DNA of 64,000 nt from Hyphomicrobiales bacterium (lineage in GTDB: Bacteria > Pseudomonadota > Alphaproteobacteria > Rhizobiales > HXMU1428-3): NCBI GenBank assembly GCA_965230545.1, contig CBDDLE010000003.1:153369-217368 (forward strand). The letters run 5' to 3'. The position numbers were made by a program, and so were the translations under genes. Shown in pieces: positions 1-8,816 of this stretch. Numbering within the stretch: the first letter of the stretch is position 1; the number at the start of each line of letters is the position of its first letter. A model generated the notes under the pieces. The model saw only the letters and a list, made by a program, of their open reading frames with translations. It did no database searches and was not told where the DNA came from.

Positions 1-405
1 AAAAAGGCGGGCTCTTATTTGGTGACAGCTTCAACGGCCACACAAAAAGCAGATTCACCTTATGTTATACGGCTCGATACGATTGATGGGAAACTTGATC
101 ACCCCAAAAATGGCACGATGTTTCTTAGAGCGCAAACCGGAGTGTTTGACACCAAGCAAGAAGTTTTGCAGCTTTCAGGTGATTTAGAAATTAAAGCCCC
201 GAACGGTATGATCGCGCGGCTTGAAACCGCAAAAATAACCTTTAAACAACAAAAGATTAGCTCTGACAGGCCTGTTTATGTGCAAATGGAATCAGGTACA
301 ATTAGAGCTGATAAGGTTCATATTGATGGGTTGACTAAAATTCTTACCTTTCAAGACCGTGTAAAAGTGAGACTTGTTAAAACGCCGAAGCGTTTGGATA
401 ATTGA
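1..405 (+). CDS. lptC: LPS export system protein LptC, 5'-truncated by window edge
   Basis: The open frame runs from position 1 with no upstream stop, and the ORF-track 'M' at 19 is a TTG codon. The 128+ aa product is periplasmic-type. It sits immediately upstream of lptA-lptB-rpoN, the conserved Rhizobiales order. Confidence 0.7.
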   Translation, partial: KKAGSYLVTASTATQKADSPYVIRLDTIDGKLDHPKNGTMFLRAQTGVFDTKQEVLQLSGDLEIKAPNGMIARLETAKITFKQQKISSDRPVYVQMESGTIRADKVHIDGLTKILTFQDRVKVRLVKTPKRLDN

Positions 406-490
406 TTTTTTTATATTTGTTTTTTTATTTTGCTGTTAAAAAAAATAGATGATTTTTCAAGCTGTTATGTTTGGAATTAAGGACGATAAT

Positions 491-1168
491 ATGTTGAGAT
501 TTTTGAAGAGAGTTCAAACAGTCTGCGTTTACCAAAAACTAGATAACGGTAACGAAGCTGGTGCTCTACTCACCAACCGTTACTTGACGGCAATTGGGGC
601 TGCTCTTCTTTCACTGTCTCTCGTTGGTTTTACTTCATCTCCTTCATCGGCTCAATCTTTGGTGGATAAATTTGGAGGTTTTTCAAGGGATTCCAATCAA
701 CCGATTGATATTGAAGCTGATCAGCTGAGAGTGAATGATGTTAAAAAAACAGCTATTTTTAGTGGTAATGTGAAAGCAAGACAGGGTGATTTTGTTTTAC
801 GTTCGAAATTTCTAGAGGTTTATTACGACGGCAATGCAAGGCCTGGAGCTCAATCTGGTGCGAATGGCAAAGTCAAAAAACTTGAAGCCAAGGGTAAAGT
901 TCTCATTACAACCAAGGACAAACAATCTGCTACAAGTGAATGGGCCCGATTTGATGTTGCAAAACAAACAATTGTGCTTGGTGACACAGTTGTTTTAACC
1001 CAAGGCGGTAATATTCTCAAAGGTGGTCGGCTCATTGTGAACTTGAAAACCAGACAGAGCCGCTTTGAAAATTTAGCTAAGAAAAAAGGCGGCAATGCCA
1101 AAAAGGGCCGTGTTCAAATGAAGATTGATGTGAACCCTAAAGCTGTCAAGAAATTGCAAAAACCGTAA
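491..1168 (+). CDS. lptA: LPS transport periplasmic protein LptA (OstA-like)
   Basis: The ORF spans 449-1168. The likely start is the ATG at 491 (MLRFLKRVQ), preceded by an AAGGA SD 7 nt upstream. The product has a signal peptide and an OstA-like fold, and the gene lies between lptC and lptB. Confidence 0.75.
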   Translation: MLRFLKRVQTVCVYQKLDNGNEAGALLTNRYLTAIGAALLSLSLVGFTSSPSSAQSLVDKFGGFSRDSNQPIDIEADQLRVNDVKKTAIFSGNVKARQGDFVLRSKFLEVYYDGNARPGAQSGANGKVKKLEAKGKVLITTKDKQSATSEWARFDVAKQTIVLGDTVVLTQGGNILKGGRLIVNLKTRQSRFENLAKKKGGNAKKGRVQMKIDVNPKAVKKLQKP

Positions 1169-1350
1169 AATTAAATAGCGATCAATAAAATCCTGCCGTA
1201 ATTTTCGATTTAGATTATAATTTAAAGAATAAAGCTTTCTCTTCGCCTTAAAAGAGAGATTTAGTCTGAGTATTTTTTTGATTTAGAGATAAAAAGTGAT
1301 TACATGTTTCTAAATCATAAACTTTATCACTGAAAGTAGTTCACACTGGT

Positions 1351-2475
1351 ATGATTGGTTTCTTTAAATCTATGTTGCCTAAGGGTAAGGAAAAGCAAGT
1401 TGAAACTAAATTTGCTGTTCCGCGTGAACAATCTCCTTTGATAAATGGAGGCAACCGCCAACAGATGCAAAGAGGGGCTCACCCTTTTGAGGGAGGCGGT
1501 GTGAATGGAGACGCTCAATTCAGCCCGCCGCCGCAACCTGGTGCTCAAGAGCCTGTTCCCCCACAATTACCGCCTAGTTTTCAAGGCCACGTTAGTGAAC
1601 AATTTCAGCAAACTCCTTCGCACAACCGTGAGCATAATCCCGGGCAAGCTCCCTTACAGGCCTATGGGCAAAACCAGGTTTTAAATCAACCTCAGATGCA
1701 ACAAGCTCCTTCCATTGCAGTGGGACAGCAAAACCAAATTGATGCACACCCGCAAACAGGTTGGCTTACAGCGAATAAAGTTTGCAAAACTTATGGCAAG
1801 CGCCAAGTTGTTAAACAAGCCAGTATTAAAGTTCGCCGCGGCGAATCTGTTGGCTTACTTGGGCCCAATGGTGCAGGTAAAACCACAATATTTTACATGA
1901 TTACCGGCCTTGTTAAAGCGGACGAAGGGCTCATCCATATTGATGGATATGATGTTACTGCCCTTCCTATGTATCGGCGTGCGCGACTTGGCATTGGGTA
2001 TTTGCCACAAGAGGCCTCCATTTTCAGAGGTCTGACGGTTGAGCAGAATATTATGGCGGTGCTTGAAGTTACTCAAAAGAACAAAAAGAAACGCCGTGAG
2101 AAATTAGAAAGCCTTCTTGATGAGTTTAACATTACTCGTTTGAGAAAATCTCCTTCTATTGCTCTTTCTGGTGGTGAGCGGCGACGCTGTGAAATTGCAC
2201 GTGCATTAGCGAGTGACCCTTCTTACATACTTCTTGATGAGCCATTTGCTGGTATTGACCCCATTGCGATTGGAGATATTAGAGACTTGGTGCGTCATCT
2301 GACTGATCGTGGCATTGGGGTTTTGATTACTGATCACAATGTGCGTGAAACGCTCGAAATGATTGATCGTGCCTATATTATTCACGATGGCAAGGTTCTT
2401 ACCGAGGGTACGCCACAAGAAATCGTCTCAAATGATGATGTGCGGCGTGTCTATCTTGGGGACATGTTCGGTTAA
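1351..2475 (+). CDS. lptB: LPS export ABC transporter ATP-binding protein LptB, with an unusual Q/P-rich N-terminal extension of about 125 aa (true start uncertain)
   Basis: Walker A (GPNGAGKTT), ABC signature (LSGGERRR) and Walker B (LLDEPFAGIDP) are present, with the LptB-like N-terminal motif LTANKVCKTYG. The gene sits directly upstream of rpoN. The open frame extends 375 nt upstream of the conserved domain. Confidence 0.85.
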   Translation: MIGFFKSMLPKGKEKQVETKFAVPREQSPLINGGNRQQMQRGAHPFEGGGVNGDAQFSPPPQPGAQEPVPPQLPPSFQGHVSEQFQQTPSHNREHNPGQAPLQAYGQNQVLNQPQMQQAPSIAVGQQNQIDAHPQTGWLTANKVCKTYGKRQVVKQASIKVRRGESVGLLGPNGAGKTTIFYMITGLVKADEGLIHIDGYDVTALPMYRRARLGIGYLPQEASIFRGLTVEQNIMAVLEVTQKNKKKRREKLESLLDEFNITRLRKSPSIALSGGERRRCEIARALASDPSYILLDEPFAGIDPIAIGDIRDLVRHLTDRGIGVLITDHNVRETLEMIDRAYIIHDGKVLTEGTPQEIVSNDDVRRVYLGDMFG

Positions 2476-2686
2476 ATTTACAACTTTTCTTTTATTTTTC
2501 ACGCCCTTCAGTGTACTGAGTTTTTGCTTCAAATTCATTTCATGCTACACTTATGCCTTAAAAATAGACATGTGATGGAAATAAGATAAAATTTAATTAA
2601 AAGTTTGTCTTTCTTCTTAATCGTCGTTAAATTCTCTTTTGGTATGAATATTGCCTATCGAAGATAATTGAGGACTATATTTTAAA

Positions 2687-4243
2687 ATGGCACTGTCTCA
2701 CCGACTAGAACTTAGACAATCTCAGTCACTTGTGATGACACCTCAATTGCAACAAGCGATTAAGCTTTTGCAGCTCTCAAACCTCGAATTAGGTGAGTTT
2801 GTGGAAGGTGAATTAGAGCGCAATCCTTTGCTTGAAACGAAGGATCCTGAGGCTGATACCGTTCCGCAGGCTAATTTGGAGCCTGAAACCCCACAAGAAA
2901 ACATTGAACCTCAAACACGCTCTTCATCTGATGAATGGCTTTCAAAATCTGCTGACAACACCAAAGAAGATCCTTCAGCTAATTTAGATATGCGTGCTGA
3001 TGATATGTACCCTGATTTGGCTGGATCCGATAAAACCAGCCTTGCTGATCAGGGCTGGGCTTCTGTTAAAAACAATAGTTCAAGCTCACCTAGCACGAGC
3101 TCTGGTGGAGTGAGTGATTATAATCTTGAAAATTTTGTTTCTTGTGAAGTGACGTTACACGATCACCTACATGAACAATTATCTCTTTCTAAACTTGATG
3201 ATAAGCAGAGGCTTATTGCCTCTCATATGATTGATTTGGTTGATGAGCAAGGCTATATGCGTGGTTCTCTAGAAGCGATTTCTATGCAAATGGGAACGTC
3301 AATCGAAGTTATTTCTGCCGTTTTAAAAGACCTGCAAAAATTTGAGCCCACGGGTGTTTTTTCTCGTAACCTTAGTGAATGTTTGAAACTTCAGTTGATT
3401 GACCTCAATCATTTTGACCCTGCAATGGAAGCGCTGTTGGAAAATATTCACCTCCTTGCTGCGCATAACTTTACTGGCCTTAAAAAAGCATGTCAGGTTG
3501 ATGATGAAGATTTGGCGGATATGATCGCTGAAATAAAAACTCTTAATCCTAAACCTGGGTTACAATTTGGAGAGATTGCCGTTCAATCTGTCGTGCCAGA
3601 TGTGTTTGTTCGTCCTAAAAATGATGGCAGCTGGCATATTGAACTAAACAGCGAAACCTTGCCTAAGGTTCTGATAAATAAGAGTTACTATACAACTGTT
3701 GCTGGTACGGCCAAAAGCACAAAAGATAAAGAATATATACAGGAATGTTTTCAAACCGCGAATTGGCTGGTGAAAAGCCTGGACCAAAGAGCACGGACTA
3801 TTTTAAAAGTCTCTGAGGAAATTGTTCGCCAGCAAGATGCGTTTTTTAGCCATGGTGTTGAGCATCTTCGTCCTCTTAATTTACGCGCTGTTGCTGATGC
3901 CATTGATATGCATGAATCAACTGTTAGTCGCGTAACGTCAAATAAATATATAGGCACGACACGCGGTGTGTTTGAGCTTAAATATTTCTTTACGTCTGCT
4001 ATTTCTTCATCTGATTCAGATGATATGATTTCATCTGAGGCGGTTCGGCATCACATAAAGCAGTTGATTGAAGCTGAGACTATTGATTGCATTCTTTCTG
4101 ATGACAAACTCGTGACGACCCTTAAAGAAAAAGGCATTGATATTGCTCGTCGCACGGTAGCTAAGTATCGAGAAGCGATGGGCATTCCTTCTTCAGTTCA
4201 GCGGCGCCGGAAGAAGAAAATGGCCCAGCAAATGGCGCTTTAA
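2687..4243 (+). CDS. rpoN: RNA polymerase sigma-54 factor
   Basis: The 518-aa product has an N-terminal Q/L-rich activator-interaction region and the C-terminal RpoN box ARRTVAKYRE. Synteny is lptB-rpoN-hpf-ptsN. Confidence 0.95.
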   Translation: MALSHRLELRQSQSLVMTPQLQQAIKLLQLSNLELGEFVEGELERNPLLETKDPEADTVPQANLEPETPQENIEPQTRSSSDEWLSKSADNTKEDPSANLDMRADDMYPDLAGSDKTSLADQGWASVKNNSSSSPSTSSGGVSDYNLENFVSCEVTLHDHLHEQLSLSKLDDKQRLIASHMIDLVDEQGYMRGSLEAISMQMGTSIEVISAVLKDLQKFEPTGVFSRNLSECLKLQLIDLNHFDPAMEALLENIHLLAAHNFTGLKKACQVDDEDLADMIAEIKTLNPKPGLQFGEIAVQSVVPDVFVRPKNDGSWHIELNSETLPKVLINKSYYTTVAGTAKSTKDKEYIQECFQTANWLVKSLDQRARTILKVSEEIVRQQDAFFSHGVEHLRPLNLRAVADAIDMHESTVSRVTSNKYIGTTRGVFELKYFFTSAISSSDSDDMISSEAVRHHIKQLIEAETIDCILSDDKLVTTLKEKGIDIARRTVAKYREAMGIPSSVQRRRKKKMAQQMAL

Positions 4244-4691
4244 TCATTTTTCGCCTTTAAAATGTTGACCTTCAAATATTAATATTTAAAATTAAAATTT
4301 ATGCTGAAACGGGCATTACAACTTCTGTGTTCGTTTCTTACAATCTGCGCTCATGCAACTTATCAAAGCTTTTCCGCAACTTATTGATAAGAATAGAAAA
4401 ACTCATTTAACCTTCTTTCGTTTTTCACAGTTTTTAACGAAAAAAACACCTTATTTCCCTTAAGTTTTACGACATTTTTGCCTAATTGCTGTTATACTGT
4501 GCCTTATGGCTATGGCTGGAGAGACCTGACCTTGAGGCAATTTATTGCGAAATATGCTGATAAGTGATTTTTTCACCTTAAGCTCGAAACTTTGAAGTTT
4601 CTTTGATTTTCGAGCCCTATTTCCATGGCCATCGCCCTATTCTCACCTCATGAGAATATAAAATGTGGAAACAATAGAAGGGTAATAATAT

Positions 4692-5261
4692 ATGTCCGTA
4701 CAAGTAACTGGAAAAAATTTGGATGTTGGTGAAGCCCTACGATTTTATATCGAAGATCGTATTGATCAAACGTTAGATAAATTTATTGGCAATGCGACTT
4801 CTGGTCATGTTCGTATTGAAAAAGATGGTAAACAATTTCGCACAGATTGCTCACTACATTTGCGCTCAGGACTGGATTTACAGTCTAAAGGGGAGAGCCA
4901 TGATGTTTATGCAAGTGCTGATGCAGCCTTAGAGCGATTAGAAAAGCGGCTCAGGCGCTATAAGAGACGGCTTAAAAACCATCATCAAAAGGCAAGCGAA
5001 AATGCTTTGCCACCGGTTACAACGCCTGCTCTAGACTATGTTTTACAATCTAATGACGATGTTGAAGAAACTACCGAGGAGACGCCTATTATAATTGCGG
5101 AGAATGAGACAAATATTAATGAATTTGCAGTAAGCGATGCGGTTATGCAAATGGATTTGGTAGAAAGCTCTGTACTCGTATTTAGAAATGCTAGCCATGG
5201 GCGCATCAATATTGTATACCGCCGGAACGACGGAAATATTGGATGGATTGACCCATCATAG
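4692..5261 (+). CDS. hpf: ribosome hibernation promoting factor, long form (S30AE family)
   Basis: The N-terminus MSVQVTGKNLDVGEALRFYIE is typical of the sigma-54 modulation protein/HPF family. A good AGGG/GTAA SD region precedes it and the gene lies downstream of rpoN. Confidence 0.9.
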   Translation: MSVQVTGKNLDVGEALRFYIEDRIDQTLDKFIGNATSGHVRIEKDGKQFRTDCSLHLRSGLDLQSKGESHDVYASADAALERLEKRLRRYKRRLKNHHQKASENALPPVTTPALDYVLQSNDDVEETTEETPIIIAENETNINEFAVSDAVMQMDLVESSVLVFRNASHGRINIVYRRNDGNIGWIDPS

Positions 5262-5392
5262 AAAAAATTTAAACATTTTGTTTTTATTTATGACATAAAG
5301 TCGTCAATTAACCACTTTATGGGTGGGCAAACTGAAGCTTTAAGCCTTTTCAAGAGGCTCTGACTTTAGATAGTTTATTGGAAGGCGTTTAA

Positions 5393-5857
5393 ATGGATTT
5401 GGGTGATTTGTTGTCTTCGGAGGAGGTTTATCCTTCGTTAAAGGCAAAAAGCAAGAAGCACGTGCTACAAGAACTTGCACGTGTTGCTGCTGAGAAAACC
5501 GAATTAGACGAGAGGGATATTTTTGATGTCTTGCTACAACGGGAGAGACTTGGCTCTACCGGTATTGGGCAAGGTGTGGCTATTCCTCATGGTAGATTGC
5601 CATCAATTGACCGGATTATTTGCGTTTTTGCTCGGCTGGATGAGAAAGTTAACTTTGATTCACTTGATGATGAGCCTGTTGACTTGGTTTTTCTTCTTTT
5701 AGCCCCTGAAACGGCAGGTGCTGACCATTTAAAAGCACTAGCTCGTATTTCAAGACTTATTCGTGATCCACAAAATTTGGATAAATTACGTGGTTCTCGA
5801 GAGCAAGGTGCACTTTATTCGGTTTTAACTGAAGCATCTGCCTCTCACGCTGCTTAG
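5393..5857 (+). CDS. ptsN: PTS IIA-Ntr (nitrogen regulatory protein)
   Basis: The 154-aa product has the EIIA-2 fold with the phosphorylatable His in GQGVAIPHGR. It occupies the conserved position after hpf. Confidence 0.9.
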   Translation: MDLGDLLSSEEVYPSLKAKSKKHVLQELARVAAEKTELDERDIFDVLLQRERLGSTGIGQGVAIPHGRLPSIDRIICVFARLDEKVNFDSLDDEPVDLVFLLLAPETAGADHLKALARISRLIRDPQNLDKLRGSREQGALYSVLTEASASHAA

Positions 5858-5914
5858 TGAGCTTTCAAAAACTGAAGCCCTACCTGGTGGTTTTGACAGA
5901 TTTTATATGATTTA

Positions 5915-5952
5915 CAAAAAAGAGCCCTGAAATCTTCAGGGCTCTTTTTTAT
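5915..5952 (+). terminator. rho-independent terminator of ptsN
   Basis: The hairpin is AGAGCCCTGAAATCTTCAGGGCTCT, followed by a TTTTTT run. Confidence 0.8.
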
Positions 5953-6246
5953 TTGCGCCTTCAGGTTGCCCACCAGCAACCGGCGCGTTTATTTGCGTCT
6001 TTTCTGTGCTTCGGTTGCCCACTACGCAACCGCAATATGTGCTTCGGTTGGCATTTTTTCACTTCAGATGCCCACAAAGCATCCGTGTAAGCAACCGCAA
6101 TATGTGCTTCGGTTGGCTTTTCTATGCTTCAGTTGCCCACTACGCAACCGCAATATGTGTTTCAGTTGGCTTTTCTATGCTTCAGATGCCCACTTGCATC
6201 CGCGCTTTCTTAGCTGCGCTTCAGATGCCCATTTGCATCCGCGCTA
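5953..6246. repeat. tandem array of about 4-5 palindromic REP-like units of about 65 bp (GGTTGCCCAC-NAG-CAACCG cores plus AGATGCCCAC..GCATCCG variants)
   Basis: The strings gcaaccgcaatatgtgcttcggttggc and ttttctatgcttcag(a/t)tgcccac recur directly at a period of about 66 bp. Each unit contains an imperfect inverted repeat. The ORFs at 5966-6247 and 6006-6335 lie inside the array and are judged spurious. Confidence 0.85.
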
Positions 6247-6522
6247 GTTCACTGTGTGGACGAATAATTTATTGTTTTCAGCGGCTTCTTTGGCTGAGTA
6301 GAGATCTTCAGCAAGCAGTACCGGGGTTCCGTTAGCAGCATGCAGAGCGTAAAAGTGCCCTATTTCTGGGAATTCTTCAATTTCGGGGAATAATGTTTGC
6401 GCTTCATCCAATGTTACTTCTTGGACATAGACAACATTATCCATTCCCAAATCGGCAAAATCTTCTTCTGTCATGTCTTTTACATGATATTCTTCAATTT
6501 TCGGGTTACTGAGTTCTAACAT
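6244..6522 (-). CDS. DUF1150 family protein
   Basis: The 92-aa product is acidic. It lies immediately downstream of hsp20, which is the conserved Rhizobiales hsp20-DUF1150 pairing. Confidence 0.7.
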   Translation of the reverse strand: MLELSNPKIEEYHVKDMTEEDFADLGMDNVVYVQEVTLDEAQTLFPEIEEFPEIGHFYALHAANGTPVLLAEDLYSAKEAAENNKLFVHTVN

Positions 6523-6632
6523 GACATTACCCTTTCATTTTGAGCCGATCATTGGCTCGTTAGTTCTATCTCCCCCTTCATATGGGGGGTGATCTTTTAA
6601 ACTCAAATTTTGGCATAATTATAAATATCTGC

Positions 6633-7061
6633 TTATGCCGTTGTTATTGGTATTTTCCTCTGAACTGTAACTGGTTCAGGCTTTATGAGTTTAATAATTA
6701 ACAATCCGTCTTTAAGTGTGGCGGATGAGACTTCAATTGCTTCAGCTAGAATAAACTTCTTTTTAAACTGACGAGTGGCTATTCCTTGATGTAAAAATTC
6801 AGAATTTTCTTCGATAGCTTTTTTGCCAACAATAATTAAATTCCTCCCTTCTACGATTACTTCAAGCAAATCTGCTGTAAATCCAGCAACAGCAAGGGTG
6901 ATATTTAATATCGTCTCTTTGTTCGATTTATTGAGCTCTCTTTCAATGTTAAACGGCGGATAACCGCTCTCTGTTTTAAGATTTGCAATATGCTCTAATG
7001 TTTGCTCAATTTCTTCAAATCCCAGCACATGGGCGTTATCAATTCTAATCATGCTGGGCAT
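6633..7061 (-). CDS. Hsp20/alpha-crystallin family small heat-shock protein
   Basis: The 142-aa product carries an alpha-crystallin domain (GFTADLLEVIVEGRNLIIVGKK... LKDGLLIIKL). Confidence 0.9.
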   Translation of the reverse strand: MPSMIRIDNAHVLGFEEIEQTLEHIANLKTESGYPPFNIERELNKSNKETILNITLAVAGFTADLLEVIVEGRNLIIVGKKAIEENSEFLHQGIATRQFKKKFILAEAIEVSSATLKDGLLIIKLIKPEPVTVQRKIPITTA

Positions 7062-7427
7062 CTCTTTTTTTCATCTCTTCTTATTTTAGCGGCAACAATG
7101 TTAAAATTCGTTAATTAATCTTAGTTTAGTTTTCTATTCAGGCTTTTATAAGTCAAAATGACATTCATCTCATTTGTTCAACTTTGTGTCTGTGGTTAGA
7201 TATGGTGCTCTTTATACAGAGTTCAATGGTATGCGCACTTAGCCGTGGTTTCGCCAATAACTACTTATCTTTGAATTACAGTAAGTTAAGAACTTTCGTC
7301 AGCTAGAAGAAAATTTTTTGTCGAGCGCTTGTTTTTTTCAGTTGATTAAAATTTTACGTTTTTTTGCAACGGCTTTTCAATAAATACTCGCTATTATTTA
7401 TTCATAGAAAAAACAATCAAAGCTGGA

Positions 7428-7715
7428 ATGAACAGAATGTCTGAGCTAAATCCTTCAAATCAAAGCACGACGGAAGAAAACCGCAGAAGTGCCCGCACGC
7501 GCACTTTACAAGGTGCGACTATCATTATTGATAAAAATTCGACATTTACCTGTCAGATAAAAACAAGAAGCGATCGTGGGTTTGGTTTAAAGCTTGGTAA
7601 TACCAACGGCGTCCCTGATGTATTTCGTCTCGTAGATGAGAAAAACAACGTTAGGCATAACGTTGTGGTTGTTTGGCGCAAGCGCTCAATGCTTGGTGTC
7701 GAAATCGTTGAGTAA
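7428..7715 (+). CDS. PilZ domain-containing small protein
   Basis: The 95-aa product has an RxxxR motif (RRSARTR) followed by a beta-rich region with RSDRGFGL, which is a PilZ-like c-di-GMP binding signature. Confidence 0.55.
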   Translation: MNRMSELNPSNQSTTEENRRSARTRTLQGATIIIDKNSTFTCQIKTRSDRGFGLKLGNTNGVPDVFRLVDEKNNVRHNVVVVWRKRSMLGVEIVE

Positions 7716-7745
7716 TCGTCGCTTTAATTGTTCAGGTCCCAGTAT

Positions 7746-8573
7746 TTAAGAATTTGCGTCTTTACTGGCGGTTAGAAAATAATTCACATCACAATCACTT
7801 GAAATGCTCCAACTTTCTTTAAATGGTGAAAACACAAGGCCATTACGCTCGCGTGGAACAAGGCCTGCATTTTCAACAATATCTGAGAGCTCATCAGGGG
7901 TGACAAACCTATTCCACTGATGAGTGCCTTTTGGCAGCCACTGGAGAACATATTCAGCCCCTACAATCGCTAAGGCAAAAGCTTTGGCTGTTCTGTTAAT
8001 TGTTGAGAGGATCATTAGTCCACCAGGTGCTACTAATTTAGACACCATTGTTGTGAATTCAGGCACGCTCGGCACGTGCTCGACGACCTCTAGTACAAAA
8101 ACAATGTCAAAAGTTTCACCGTTTTCAACAACGTCTTCAGCTTTGCAAGCACGATAATCTATTGTGGCGCCTTGTTGCTCGGCGTGAATTTTCGCCGCTT
8201 TAATGTTATTTTCTGAAGGATCAATTGCCGTCACTATAGCGCCTTGTTTGGCCATAGGCTCAGCCACAAGACCACCACCACAGCCGACATCTATGAGTTT
8301 GAGGCCTTTTAACGCTTCATCAGCCTTAAATTCCCTGCCAAAATGCCTGCAGATTTGCTCTCTAAAAAAGGCTAATCTTGCGGGGCTGATTTTATGTAAC
8401 GGGCGGAACTTTCCTGTTGGGTCCCACCACTCGTCTGCCATCGCCCCAAAACGAGCGATTTCTTCAGGGTCTAAGGTAGCTGATTTTTGATGATTTTCTT
8501 GCTGCATGAATAGATTTAGGGGCCATTTTGAAGATTTGTCAACCAGTACATCTTTCAATGCTTTTTTATTCAT
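7746..8573 (-). CDS. ubiG: bifunctional 3-demethylubiquinol 3-O-methyltransferase / 2-polyprenyl-6-hydroxyphenol methylase
   Basis: A SAM-MTase motif I is present (LIDVGCGGGLVAEPMA). The product has UbiG-like length and order. It is divergent from lysC, as in Rhizobiales. Confidence 0.85.
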   Translation of the reverse strand: MNKKALKDVLVDKSSKWPLNLFMQQENHQKSATLDPEEIARFGAMADEWWDPTGKFRPLHKISPARLAFFREQICRHFGREFKADEALKGLKLIDVGCGGGLVAEPMAKQGAIVTAIDPSENNIKAAKIHAEQQGATIDYRACKAEDVVENGETFDIVFVLEVVEHVPSVPEFTTMVSKLVAPGGLMILSTINRTAKAFALAIVGAEYVLQWLPKGTHQWNRFVTPDELSDIVENAGLVPRERNGLVFSPFKESWSISSDCDVNYFLTASKDANS

Positions 8574-8816
8574 TAAAGAAACAAATTTTGATGTTTTTTT
8601 CCGGCAAGGTTGATCGATGTTTCAGTTCAGCGTATGTATATGTCAGTCGAGGGGCAAATGCCCTCTTAAAATAATAACTTTTTGGGTAGGCTCTTTCTTT
8701 TTTCTCCATTTCCCAAACTTGAACTTTGATTTACTAAGTACTCACAATCACTTAGCAAATTAAAGCGCTTGCGTGTGAAAATTTTTGAGTTGCCCAATAA
8801 TTGAACATTTGGACTT

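Noticed and set aside
5953-6246. Possible CRISPR array
   Set aside because: The repeated units are themselves variable. Each unit contains a palindrome. The 'spacers' are a conserved linker rather than unique sequences, and copies of the same palindrome occur singly elsewhere. This is REP-like, not CRISPR.
5966-6335. Two overlapping plus-strand ORFs (93 and 109 aa) downstream of ptsN
   Set aside because: They lie entirely inside the tandem palindromic repeat array. Their peptides are repeat-derived and low-complexity, so they are not credible genes.
6560-6600. Hairpin CTCCCCCTTCATATGGGGGGTGATCTTTT between hsp20 and the DUF1150 gene
   Set aside because: It lies between two co-oriented minus-strand genes. 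On the minus strand it lacks a U-run. It might be an attenuator or an RNA-processing site, but there is no basis to call it.
7062-7200. ROSE-type RNA thermometer in the hsp20 5' UTR
   Set aside because: This would be expected for a Rhizobiales small HSP gene. However I could not identify the UYGCU anti-SD hairpin pairing with the weak AAGAGA SD. This needs RNA folding and cannot be asserted.
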